Positions 12,505 to 25,276 of a DNA stretch of 64,000 nucleotides are shown here, piece after piece. Position 1 is the first letter of the stretch. Each line of letters opens with the position of its first letter. Below the pieces are notes generated by a model. The model did no database searches, was not told where the DNA came from, and saw only the letters and a program-made list of their open reading frames with translations. Origin of the DNA: Basidiobolus meristosporus CBS 931.73 (Eukaryota; Fungi; Basidiobolomycota); the NCBI GenBank assembly GCA_002104905.1, contig MCFE01000318.1, forward strand, positions 1 to 64,000, given 5' to 3'. The translations under genes and the position numbers were made by a program.

Positions 12505-14609
12505 TTAGATTTTCCCAACTTTGGCCGTCATAGGGTTCACTGCACACATCCAGATGCGAGTCTTGTAAAGTTTAAACAAATCTCTGACTAATTCTCTAAA
12601 ATCAATTCTACGCTCAGCAACGAAGTAGAATGTAAGCTTGCGTCGGTCCCACTGGTACTCCGCATCCACCACCTCCATGGGCAGTTTCTTTTGTCTGACT
12701 TTGGTTTGGCAGACGAGCATGGCCTTTGCCTCGTCCTGGTTCTTGGTCACCAGAAGGGCGATCTCCCCTGGTTGCGCGAGACGATAGATCATCTTCGGCT
12801 GGACCTCCTTGGCTGGCCTCGCTTCCCCGTTGCCATCAGGATTAAGCTGTTGCTGCTGCTGCTGTTGTTGTTGTTGCTGTGCCTGTAGCATCTGGACCTG
12901 CTGTGGCGTGATGGTGTCGTTCACCACCTTTCCAAGGTCTTTGCCGCGATCTGCCTCGACAATGACCAAATCCCCCTTTTTAGCGGTGAAGCCACAATTC
13001 TCGGCAGTGTAAAACACGTCGGTGCGGCCGGCCTTGAATTCGACAATGTAGAGTGGCCCTTGGCTAGGAAGAGCGTGCAGGGGCACCCCTTTCCCAACCT
13101 CCGAAAATGAGCGCTGCTGGCGATGCTCGTCCCCTACGAAATAGTCGTCCATGTCGTCCATCATATTGCCGTAAGATTTGCCGCTCTGGTGGGATTCCTC
13201 CAGATGAAGGGACTCGAGAGCGCCCGAGAGGAAGCGAGCCGATTGGGACTGAATACCTGGGTGTAGCGAAGCCAGGGTAGGCGCGGCAACGGAATGGCGG
13301 CGATAGTTGAGATGGCTGTAATCAGGCTCAACATGATTGTTGGGACGACCGAAGATCGAATGGGGGGCATTCATATTCTCCTGAGGCCCTTTCATGGGAT
13401 ACGATGGGGCCAAGGAGAATCGGCGTTGCTGTCTCATTCTCTCCAACCTCTCTGAAGCAAGTGCCTGTGCATAGGCGATGTTGTTCTGGGGAGCGACTGG
13501 GTAAGTGGGCGCATTGTCCCAGAGGTTGCCAAAACCACCGGGATTGGCAATCGATCTGCGACGATACATGGCTGCTTCGGGGATTCCTCCACCATTACCC
13601 CACATGTTATTCATCTCCGAGACTTGATCAATCTCTTCGAATCCAGGCGGATGATTCATATTCTCTTCTGGATATTGAGGTAGCTGCGGAGGGGCGGGGA
13701 ACATGAATGCGCTTTGCGATCGGATTCTAGGCTTCATCATGCTAGCATACTCTGACTCAGTCAGCTCCTCGTCCATTGGGGGGAGGATCCCACGATGCTG
13801 GTATCTGTCCTGGTTATCGAGATTCGATGAGGCTTTGAATCGTGACATGGACCCAAAGAAGTCCGACGACTCCTCTCCGATGGCAATAGAGAAACTGCGC
13901 TGCTGGCGATAAGGCGGTATAGGCTCGTCCAACTCGTTAAATGCACTGCTGTGCTCCTCGACGGTCGGATTCTTCAAGCTGTCAGGGGAAGTGCTAGAGC
14001 CAGGCTTGGGAGGGGAAGGCGTTCTTGCGGTTGAATCATTCCAGATCGATCCGCCACTCCACTGAGTTCCCAGACTCCCCCAGATAGAGGTCGCCTGGGA
14101 GAGGCCCGATGAGACCGGTTGCTTGACCGGAAGCATGTTGGAGCTCGGTGAGACCCTATGCACCGGGTCTTTGCCCAGCAAGCTTGGGGGAGTTTGTGTT
14201 CTTGGGGCGCCGGTTCTAAAGGAGTTTGCCCCCTCCGATTCAGGGGTGCGGGGGGAATCCTCACTACCAATGGTGGACCCATTTGGCGGCTTGATAGTCT
14301 TCCAGTTGTTAGGAGGAGTTTGCGCTCTTTGGGTTGGGCTACTCGCTGAAGAAGGGTTGGGGGAATTTCCACTGGTTTCCTCCAACTTGGCACCAGCTTC
14401 AAGTTGCTCAGGGTTCTGAGCATGAATAGGCTAATAAGAAGAACCGGATTTAGCTCGTCAGGAATGCCAGAGGCTTCTCAGTGGTTTTGCGAATACCTTT
14501 TCCCACGGAGAATGACCACGGACAACAGACTGAGGAGTAGAGTTAGACGCCTGACTCGGCTGGCAAACTTGCCCATGCAATAACTAAATGCACTTACTTC
14601 GGTCTGCAT
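12505..14609 (-). CDS. PSP1 C-terminal domain protein with long disordered N-terminus and a polyQ tract
   Basis: C-terminus has LYIVEFKAGRTDVF, GDLVIVEADRGKDLG and EYQWDRRKLTFYFVAERRIDFRELVRDLFKLYKTRIWM (PSP1 domain). Two small upstream exons (MQTE | SVVRGHSPWEK) extend ORF 12505-14385 to an ATG at 14609. Confidence 0.8.
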
Positions 14610-16340
14610 TGCGTCGGGGCTGGGGGCTTAGCAGCTATTAGGGCGAAGAGCAGTTGAGCAAGATGAATACCAGTCAGGGCACAACGGGACTTACTTTCAA
14701 GTCTAAAGGGGGAGCAAGGGCACTTCTATTCACTTCTAAATGTATAGTGGAAAAGAAAACGACTTTCTTTCGGTTTCTATGGAAGATTAGAGGGCGGTCG
14801 ACCAAAAGGAGAAAAAAGGGCTATGATAAAGAATAGTGGGTCAAGGATAAGTTGAACGGATATCAGAAAGGAAGGGAGGGTTTGGGCTTGAGATATAAAC
14901 GTAATGCTAGAATCAAGGCGGAACCCAGGGGTGAAACTACTGACGGAGAATTAGGAAAGAGCACACAATAGAGTATCAGGAGGAAGCGAGGGTCAATCAA
15001 TGGGTTCGCTGTAAGCTGGAAATTGGGTTCCCGAGGATCAGATTCCAGCTCGATCAAGTGGCTGGGCTTGAGTGTGCTAAATTCAAGCAAACCAATCAGA
15101 CCACACAGAGTAGAAATGCTAGTAAAAGTAAGACCCCTCAACTATGATGATAACCATTGTGATAACCAATTTGATAGTCAATTGATACATTACCACCACC
15201 ATCAGGATCAAATACAATATACTGATCATCACATCAAGATGACATGACGACCTCAACGTGATTTAATAAAGATCCCTCCAAGTCATATCTCCAATCCAAA
15301 CCACCGCGCACCATTGGCCACCCGTTGTATTTGGAATCGACCTCTTCCAACTGCTTTCCCAAGTCTGGTCGAAGAGGCTCGCTTTACATGAATCACTCAC
15401 CAACGGCGGAGTCGATGGTGATTGGCACCCGCCTCCCATATACGATCGTTTTCGGCGAATCGCAGTCACCATAGAGACTTCTGATGCGCGATAACCTTTG
15501 CACAATATGACCGAGATTACGCCAATTCCCGCCCATTACCATTCTCCAAGAGGACTGCACACAGGTCGCACGACAGTCTGACATGCATCCCCTTCCCCAT
15601 AGGTGATTCCTACGGATTTGACCAAATGGGGTTGAGATGCGCACTCACAAATGAATGGTGTGCAGGACCAATATATGTGTATGCACTTGCTGGAAATCAG
15701 TTCACCTCGCCCGTAGCCACCCACTCTTCACATGTCCCGTATATCTACGATTTCTGTACGAGGCAGTATTTCTGGAAAAGAAACTGGATTAATGTAGTGC
15801 GGCCTGGCAGTTTGAGGGTTCAGCTCATTAACCCTATTGCCAGCGTTGCTGTACTGTCTTGGCGCCTTCAATGAGCTAGGGGAGGTTGATATTGGCTTCA
15901 TCTAATGACTCATACACAAGTGGTGTCCTCTCCCTTGGTAATACTTATTAATGCATGGCATAATCCTCTCCCTTAATATCTCCTTTATTTTGCAATCAAC
16001 ATCCACAACAGGAGTAGCCAATCAGCAGTCATGGCCATTTTTCCCAAGCCGAAGCAGCCATTGAGTTTAACCCAAATTATTAAACAAGAACAGTTTAGCC
16101 CGGTTTCTTACCTCGATGATTAAACAACATTCCATCTAGACCAAATTCGTATGCGGTGGGTTAGGCAGGCCTGGTGGTCAACCGGGATTCGTGAACTGGG
16201 TGGGCCGTGACGGATTTTTTTCGATCAATCAACTCTGGTCCGAGTTCGCAACGCTTTTCCTCGAGCAAAAATTTTTCAAGGACAATAAAACCAAGATTTC
16301 AGGGCAGCGGGATTCCTTCTCTCCAGCATCCTCGATAAAA

Positions 16341-17604
16341 ATGGTGAGTGTCCATCGTTTTCTTCATGGCTCAGTCATCCATCAACATGGATGGCCAATT
16401 GTTGACCCACAACTAACCGAATCATCCTTTCTTCTAGTCTCATCGTAAATACGAGGCTCCTCGCCACGGTTCTCTGGGTTTCCTCCCCCGCAAGCGCGCC
16501 AGAAGACATAGAGGAAGAGTTAAGTCCTTCCCTAAGGATGATGCCTCCAAGCCTGTCCACATGACTGCCTTCTTGGGTTACAAGGCTGGTATGACCCACA
16601 TCGTTCGTGACTTGGACCGTCCTGGATCCAAGAACCACAAGAAGGAAATCGTCGAGCCCGTCACCATCATCGAAGCTCCCGCTATGGTTGTTGTCGGTGT
16701 TGTCGGTTACGTCGAGACCCCCCGTGGTCTTCGTTCCTTGACCACCGTCTGGGCCGAACATTTGTCCGATGAGGTCAAGCGTAGATTCTACAAGAACTGG
16801 TACCGCTCCAAGAAGAAGGCTTTCACCAAGTATGCCAAGAAGCATGCTGATGGTGCCAAGCCCATCCTTCGTGAATTGGAACGTATCAAGAAGTACTGTA
16901 CCGTTGTCCGTGTCCTTGCCCACACCCAAGTCCGCAAGGTCAAGATCGGCCAAAAGAAGGCTCACATTGCCGAAATCCAACTCAACGGTGGCTCCGTCGC
17001 CCAAAAGGTTGAATGGGCTCAAGAGCACTTCGAGAAGACCGTCGATGTCAGCTCCGTCTTCGAGCAAGACGAGATGATCGATGTCATCGGTGTTACCAAG
17101 GGTAAGGGTTTCGAAGGTGTCACCCACCGTTGGGGTACCAAGAAGCTTCCTCGTAAGACCCACAAGGGTCTCCGCAAGGTTGCCTGTATTGGTGCCTGGC
17201 ATCCTTCCCGTGTCATGTACTCCGTTCCTCGTGCCGGTCAAAACGGTTTCCACCACCGTACTGAGGTCAACAAGAAGATCTACCGCATTGCCAACGGAGC
17301 TGACAAGAGCTCTGCCTCTACTGAGTACGATCTTACCACCAAGACCATTACTCCCATGGGTGGCTTCCCTCACTACGGTAACGTCAATGAGGACTTCATC
17401 ATGATCAAGGGATGCTGCATTGGTGTTAAGAAGAGAGTCTTGACCCTCCGCAAGTCCCTCTTGGTCCACACCAAGAGATCTGCTCTTGAGAAGGTCTCCC
17501 TCAAGTTCATCGATACCTCTTCCAAGTTCGGACACGGTCGTTTCCAAACCGCCGACGAGAAGAAGGCTTTCTTGGGTACCCTCAAGAAGGATCTTTCTGC
17601 TTAA
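16341..17604 (+). CDS. RPL3: 60S ribosomal protein L3 (uL3); first exon is the ATG only
   Basis: ATG at 16341, intron GTGAGT..CTAAC..TAG to 16437, then [21 protein letters not shown]... in frame with ORF 16561-17604. Confidence 0.98.
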
Positions 17605-18638
17605 ATCTAAACATTTATCTCTATCGAATAAATTTGGCGATTTTCACAACATTTTCGGGATTTTATTTTGGAATGTACTCGCACCCATCTTCTGGGATCA
17701 CCTATTCCGGCACGCCCTCGTAATTGATTAGCCGTCGCCCGGATATTTATAGTGGTTAAGAATAGACGGACTGTCCATCGGCCAGGCAGGTTTAAGTCAG
17801 ATTGCTTTTTCCGCCCTTTCGGATGGCTTGCCCAGTATATCCACACCACATGCACAGTGAAGTCTCGATGGGACTATCGTCGATATCGCGCATTCTCTTC
17901 TCTCTGGAAGCCAGTGAAAGAGGAGGTGGACCGTGATTGGGCTAACCTCGACTGCGATCAGCGACCAGCGCGAGGGCAATCCCAAGTATGGAAGATTCCC
18001 CTTCCAGTAAGTGCAGCCGGAATATCCATAGCTGTTGATGTCACAGCGGCCTAACCACTTTCATAATCGCACCAAATGCCATGCAAATCATTTTCTTAGA
18101 AGAGTCCCTCTTCAAATCAGGAATGTCTCAGCAATCGCAGAAACGACCAGGCCAATGCGGTTATTCCAAATAGGCCCAGTTTAAGCTTCAAATGGAATAC
18201 ATTGGATGGTGAAGTGGAATTAGAAAGCCTATCACTAAGAAGGTAGCGAAAATAATCGGCCGAAGCTTGCCCAGCTATGGCAATTGCTTGACTTTGCGAT
18301 GAAGGGTGCACCGTAAGGCTTATTTTGTGTACACTTCCGGGGATACCCGTCGCTTGCCCGTTGAGTCCATACTTGGTGCTGAATAAATTGCTTGGCGGAT
18401 ATGGTGCCAACTAGCCAACGCACTACTAGGCTTGCTTACTGAATTTTGCCACATTGCTTCCAATCGTTGGCGTGGATCGTGATCTGTAATAAAATCAGTG
18501 ACATATTGGTCGAATGCTATTCTCAGTTTGGATTGGTGTTAAGACCGAGATAACGTGGACTGGATTTACATAAAAGCCGCTCCTGGATTTCCTCTCGAGG
18601 TCTAAACGTTGATTTTCTATCCCTTGACTCCATCGAAC

Positions 18639-19653
18639 ATGATTTTGCACCCCGCTAATCAACATCCCGCCAACAACATCAACTTTATTCCCAGATTGAA
18701 CGCCAAGTCCATGATTCAATCAGAGTACCACAGCAGATACGACCAACCTTCGACAATGCCCGACACACTCCCTTTCTTCAAATTTTCCAAGATCCCTGAC
18801 GCCCCACCGACTCACAGCAGTGGCTACCCCACCCCCAGCACCTCGATATCACGCAGAGCCTCGGAATTGCCGACTCTCTCTGGTCCTGGCCGGGAGAAAG
18901 CCACTTTCATGCCTTCTCTACTGGACGCTGAGATCAATAGAGCCTCAGTAAGGAGTATTTCCCTGGACTCCTCGTGCCTCAATCTTCCCAAGATTGACAC
19001 CGATCCCTTAGATAAATCTATCAAGCCCAGGGAATACTTTCGCTCACACTCCTGTGGCAGCATCACCCCACCCCCATCGCTTCCACCCCTCTCGGAGACA
19101 TTAAACAACATATTCACTGACAGCCCACGAATCTCTGCTCCATACGAAAATCATATCACCAGCACCACGTCAATACCGGCGTCAGTGTCCACCCCTGCAC
19201 CGGTCATACCCCAATCACCGATTCATATGCAAGCCCTTCCACCCATTCTGTTGCATGAACCAGCAACACAGGAGCTTGGTGCCAGTAGCTCATGCCATAA
19301 AGAGGTTACGTATTATGACGAACATCCTACCTCAGAGAGCAATTCACAAGATGAGGAGAGGAAGGTGTTTTCGTTTGTCGCATTGCCTGGTATCAATGGT
19401 AAGAAGCGACCCAGAAGAAAGTTCGATGAGATCGAACGGCTATACAAATGCAATTGGGCAGGATGCAGCAAAAGTTACGGCACATTGAACCATCTCAACG
19501 CGCATGTCATGATGCAAAAGCACGGTTCCAAGAGACTGCCGAATGGTATGTATGCTGGTTCACAGTTGACCCATCTTCCGTCCACTAATCCCCGCTTTTC
19601 CCGCAGAATTCAAAGAGCTAAGGAAGCATTGGAAGAAACGCAAGGAAGACTGA
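18639..19653 (+). CDS. Single C2H2 zinc-finger transcription factor (fungal RfeC-like family)
   Basis: KRPRRKFDEIERLYKCNWAGCSKSYGTLNHLNAHVMMQKHG. Intron GTATGT..CGCAG (19546-~19606) gives EFKELRKHWKKRKED, TGA at 19651-19653. Confidence 0.7.
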
Positions 19654-20229
19654 GCGCTCAACACCGATTTAGAGTCCCTGCGCGGACACGGTGGATCCCC
19701 GACATCCTTCATGTACATACATAACCCGGTGTATTTTTGCTTGAGCCCCGTTGTAACTTAGACTTTCGCCCTACTTCGCACACGTACACACATCCTACCA
19801 TCCATCACCACCCCGATTGGCCCGATTTCTGATAAATCATCATTCCCCCAAAACTTCTCGACGGAAGGGTTTTCCACGGGATTACCATGCCCAGTGTTGC
19901 TACAGCACCCCCCCTCCTATATCTCCCTCTGGACGATGGAATGTTCGGCGGGATGGGAATGGTTGAGAGGAGGTAGATATATTTCCTAGAGCATGTACCC
20001 CCATGACGTCACTTGAAGGAACGATCCGGGCCACCTGCATTGATTGGTCCATTGCATCATATCTACGTCATCAAGATGCATGGAGTATTTGTTGAATCGC
20101 CGGTCCACCCAATAGACTTACTAAATCAAGCGATGGCCGTGGGTATGATATCATGGTGATGGGACTTGTGGAAGGAAGTTAAAATTGGATTAACTACATT
20201 GGTCTGGCTGGATCCAATGGCAATTAGGC

Positions 20230-22300
20230 CAAATCCAATGCCCATTTAATTTACCCTTCTGGATCCGGTGTGGATAGGGGATCGAATGACCTGGACGTGC
20301 AAGGTAGCTTGGCTTGTGGTGCCCGAGTTCGGTGTCTCAGCCCAACCACCACTCACAGAACCGCCCTCTCGACCTTGTAGCCACTCCGCCCGACACTTCT
20401 GTTTACCCTTCCATCCCATTGCCTCCAAGCGTGGTGGGACAGCACAATGATCCTGGTCATGGTTGGTTTTCTGGAAATGTCGGATCAGCCTCAGTCTCTT
20501 TAGGGTGCACACTACCCCATCCTCATCATCATTGCTCCTCGTCCGACCAATAGCATATCCCATTCCTCAAGTGCACCGTGTACAACATTGGGCAATCCAA
20601 CGGACGTCAGGTAGTTTCAGAAATGCATCCTAGTCCATTGGTCACGAAAGCACTCGATGCAAGGAGGAGACACTGCGAGCGTTCGCATCCAATGAAACCA
20701 GCCTGCCCTTGGATATAACCGTCCACCTTCTTACTCAGTATATCCTGTCCACCTGACTCCGGAAACCTTCCCAGGCTGAACGAAAGAGGAATGGTTCGTG
20801 GCGATTTGCATGCACTGCTTGTATCATCCAGACGTACTGCGAGGTTCCTGTTCGTTGTCTCGATACCGTCGCCAAGAGGGATCGTCCACATCTTATTAAG
20901 AAATCCCGACCACCGTCCATGGTATTCATGGGCCAATATCTCTCAGCAACTCTTGGCCTTCCAAATGTGGTCAGTGTTGGCCATGGCCGCCGGTCTCACC
21001 AGAGGGAATCGAGCAATGCTCCCACTTGCCAAATGTGAGTCGTCCTGAGGGCTGGGTGGAAGTCGACCACGTCGGTGACGCATTTGTCAACAATGGTGTT
21101 GGATACCTCGGTATCAGGCTGATCGTTCCGCTGGATAGATGGTTCCATGTTGGGCCCGAACCGCCGTTGATTTCCACGGCATGGTGAGTGGGTGGCTTGA
21201 ACGATCTCACCAACACTACCACCATCTCGTGGAAAATGGTCGACCCAATCAACCCATTTTTTACCCCCAGCAACGCCTACGCCTACGCCTACACCTGCAG
21301 CACTGCTGCCTCCATTACCAGGCTACCATACGAGCCCTAGCCAAGATGCCTAAGTAGGTTGCATTTGGGCGATCTGATGAAGATAGCGTCCATCCGCAAC
21401 CCTCTCCCCACCGAACAGCAGAACCCGGTACCGCCGCCCCAGATCGAAGCGAATGGCCAATAAGACCTCAGGGGGGGGGTTGCTTATTACGGCACGTCTT
21501 GAGCACCCCACTACCCGGCAAATCCATGTTCACCTCACCTTGTTCGCGTTAATGCGGTGAGTTCCATCTGCACGAAGGCAAATCTAACCGCCCATCCGTC
21601 CCGGCCCTCGTATTCCCAATGGCTCCTTGGATTCCCGGTGACTGCCAAACCCGCGACCGATCCCAATCTTGCCCTCGCGTACCCTTCTCTAGCTGGATCC
21701 ATTGATCTTCTCTGATGAACATGGTCAAGGTCATGGCCAAGCCCTTGTTCTCTTCACCGTCGCATCGGGGTCGGTTCCGATGTTGGGAGTTGTGGATGGG
21801 AGGTTAGGATGGTTTCATACTTCTCGATGGTCCCACCAAAGCGTAGTGGTGTTTCGCAGTAGCGGAGGTCGTGAAGGCATACAGGATTTCTCACCCCGAC
21901 CCTGCTTCCCAGGTCTGTCACTAGCCTGGCCAAACGACTGGAGGTCAGGGAGGTCCCGTCCAAGGTGTATACGGCCTTGGTTGCTCGTTGCTCAACCAAC
22001 CACCGGAGCTCCACTTCTCCGCGATTCTCCTGTCCCGCTTCCGCATTGGTCTTATCACCAAATCCCCGTTCACAACGCGTCCCTCACTCCATTCCGCATC
22101 GACGGTCGTACCGGCCAAAAGCCCTCCGTTTGAGGGCTCAGGGATCCAGCGGGAAAGCTGGTAGCTGAAGCCACAGCGAAACTGCACTATGGGCTGTATT
22201 CGGGAATGACACCAGTTCGCGGAAGAGTCCGAAGCAACTCAACTAATAGGTTCTGTCTCTCAGAGAAGATGGACCACATGTACCTAGCGGACCCCCAGAA
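20230..22300 (+). other. Unassigned GC-rich stretch; possibly a decayed non-LTR retrotransposon
   Basis: No long ORF. Scattered plus-strand motifs YLGIRL (~21103) and NKTSGGG (~21455-21480) are spaced roughly like YLG and KxxGGLG in L1/Tx1-type ORF2, but no clear (Y/F)ADD motif was found. Confidence 0.2.
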
Positions 22301-22734
22301 TGATCAATGTAGGTGATGTACGTCCCATGCTGAGTGAAGTTTAAAGGGTTCACACCGTCCCCGATGCCATAGCACGGATCCGGTCCAAGATCCGGTTTGG
22401 CTCGGTGTGGTTGGTGGAGGAGGGGTCGGGGATCTGGTCGAATTCAAACGAGCGAAACATTCGGTGAACACTCTGTACTCTATTCGACCTGAAAAGCCTG
22501 GTCTCGCAACCTACCAAACCAGCCATGTATGGGCTTCCGTCGGATCGACATGGTATCTATGTGGGCGGCGGTGCTCACATCCCAATTGTATACCGTGTGG
22601 TGTCAGAGGAGGATCCTTGCTTGGCGCCCTATCACGCTGCATTCAAAAATGCAGTTTTTACATCCATTTGATGAATAAAAAACTTATGTTTGGCTGCAAC
22701 AGCGAATATTAGTCTAATGGTGATGTATTGTGTC

Positions 22735-23253
22735 TGTTGTAAAAATTCGGAATTCCACCTGAATATTCACCCAACTTAGTCACTTGGATCATTACCTACA
22801 TATCTTAGAGAATACTGACCAAATTCCTTGTTGGGATTTACTGGGAATATTTACCCAGAACATGAAAATTCGATAAGTTGTCCAAACAGCCCCAAACTTT
22901 GCACACATGTTCTTGGGACCATTCTAAACATACTCTACATGCTTGTAATGTCAAGACCATATAAATGTATACATACTACTTTTACATTCAACAAATCATT
23001 AAGTGAAAACCACATAATCTACTTGTTCTCCCTGTCACTTCCAATATCTCCAAGACTCTTACAACAGGTTATGAGCCTATCTCCAAGTCTCTCACAACAG
23101 GTTATGGGCCCCAAGCTGTCACTCCATGCAATATCTACTACTGATATTACCTGAACTTTTCACTCTGCTGAAAAGTGGGATGGATCTAACTACCAAGTGT
23201 GGAAGGTGACAATGAAGCTGCTGCTAACAGGAAAGAGGCTTTTGGGATATACT
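22735..23253 (+). mobile_element. Ty1/copia 5' LTR (22735-23066), PBS and gag start; truncated
   Basis: TGTTGTAA..TTACAACA termini, PBS GGTTATGAGCC, and homology to 31741-32230. Confidence 0.9.
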
Positions 23254-25276
23254 TGTCTCTAGCTAATGGTTTGGTAAATATGTCTGCAATCATTTCATCT
23301 GTAGGACAGTAAACTAAGCTAACTAATTTATTCTCTATAGCTTCTCGTATGAAATGATGTCTAATATCTATATGCTTGGTTCTAGCATGAAAAGTTGGAT
23401 TTCTACCTAATTGTATACATCCTTGATTATCTTGAAATAAAGTAATAGGCATTTTTTGACATAGGCCTAAATCTGTAAAGAGTTTTCTTAACCACATTGC
23501 TTCTTTTGTAGCTTCACAGGCTGCCATATACTCTGCCTCTGTAGCAGAAAGTGCTACGGTTGGTTGCTTTCTTGAATTCCATGAAATGGCTCCTTTACAG
23601 TAAAGAAAGGTGTATCCTGTGGTGGATCTTCTGTCTTCCAAATTTCATCCCCAATCTGCATCAGAGTATCCCACAAGATCTTGTTCTGAGTCCTTATAAG
23701 TGTATCTTAAGCAAATATCAGCAGTTCCTTTTAGGTATCTAAAAATCTGCTTAACTGCTGCAATATGATCAGATCCATAGTTCTGATTATGTTGGCTGAC
23801 AACTCCCACTGAATATGAGATATCTGGACATGTTCCAAGCATGATATACATCAGACTGCCGACCATAGATTGATAAGGAAAGTCAGGGCTTCCAGATGGC
23901 ACCAAGCTCTCTTGATTTGGTTGAGTTTTGACCAAGTTAAGGTTTGTCTCCATTGGGGTAGCTGCCGGTTTACAGTCTTCCATTTGGTACTTCTTTAGTA
24001 CATCTTGTATATACTTGGATTGGCTTAGGGTAATAGTCTGGGTACTTCTGTCTATGGAGAACTTAATCCCTAAGTAGTAACTGAGTTCTCCTAGATTGGA
24101 CATCTTGAACTCCTTAGATAGGCTGGATCTTGTCTCTTCCTATGTTTCTAGGTTATTGACAGCTATATTAAGATCATCCACATATAGAGCTAATAAAATT
24201 GGATTTGCTCTATCAGCTGCCAGTTTACAGTCTTCCATTTGGTACTTCTTTAGTATATCTTTAATATACTTAGATTGGCTTAGGGTGATAGTCTGGGTAC
24301 TTCTGTATATGGAGAACTTAATCCCTAAGTAGTAACTGAGTTCTTCTAGATTGGACATCTTGAACTCTTTAGATAGGCTGTATTTAGTCTCTTCCAGTGT
24401 TGCTAGGTTATTGGTGGCTATAATAAGATCATCCACATATAAAGCTAATAGAGCTGAATTTGCTCTATCTGGCTTATAGTATATACTATAGTCAGCATTA
24501 CTCCTTTTGAAACTCAAAGATGCCAAATAAGAATCTATCTTGCAATTCCAGGCTCTCAGTGATTGTTTGAGACCATAGAGTGATTTTTAAGCTTGCAGAC
24601 CAAAAGGGGGTTATCTTGGTCAACAAGCCCATCAGGCTGGTCCATATACACATCTCATCAAGTTCTCCATTCAAAAATGCAGTTTTACATCCTCTTGATG
24701 AATAAAAAACTTATATTTGGCTGAAATAGCCAATATTAATCTGATGGAATTAAACTTGGCTACCAGTGCAAAGGTCTCAGTATAGTAAAGTCCTTTTGTT
24801 TGAGAGTATCCTTTGGCTACAAGTCTTGCTTTGTATCTTTCAATTGTACCACCAGCCTTGTATTTTGTCTTGAAGACCCATCTGCATCCAATTGATATTT
24901 GGTTGATTGGTAATTTGACTAAGTCCCAAGTTTGATTTTCCATCAGGGCCTGATATTCCTCAGTCATTGCAGATCTCCAAAACTTTGTCTGAGGGCTTTT
25001 TTGGATCTTTTTTACAGTCTGGGGCTCATCAATATGGACTGAATAGGCATAGGCTAAGTTTGTACCCTCATTGATATAATAATTTGGGCTATTAGACGTG
25101 TTCCATTGGATAGTGCCACATAGTGCCAGCCTGTTTATAGTGCTGGATCGATTTGGCACCCTATGGCACTATCTGGCACTATAATTTCTACCATGATGCC
25201 AGTGGTATGATAAAGTTACTGGTAATTTTACTCAATCTTACTGATGTTGCTCAGAATAGTGCTTTCCTTGCTTTAT

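Noticed and set aside
14610-16340. Short ORFs between the PSP1 gene and RPL3, plus ORFs 3643-3987, 6216-6425 and 17752-18410
   Set aside because: No recognisable domains or consistent splice structure; likely UTR or intergenic sequence.
16375-17547. 390-aa antisense ORF over RPL3, and a 188-aa antisense ORF (4087-4653) over RPL15
   Set aside because: Expected shadow of strong codon bias in highly expressed ribosomal protein genes; no recognisable motifs.
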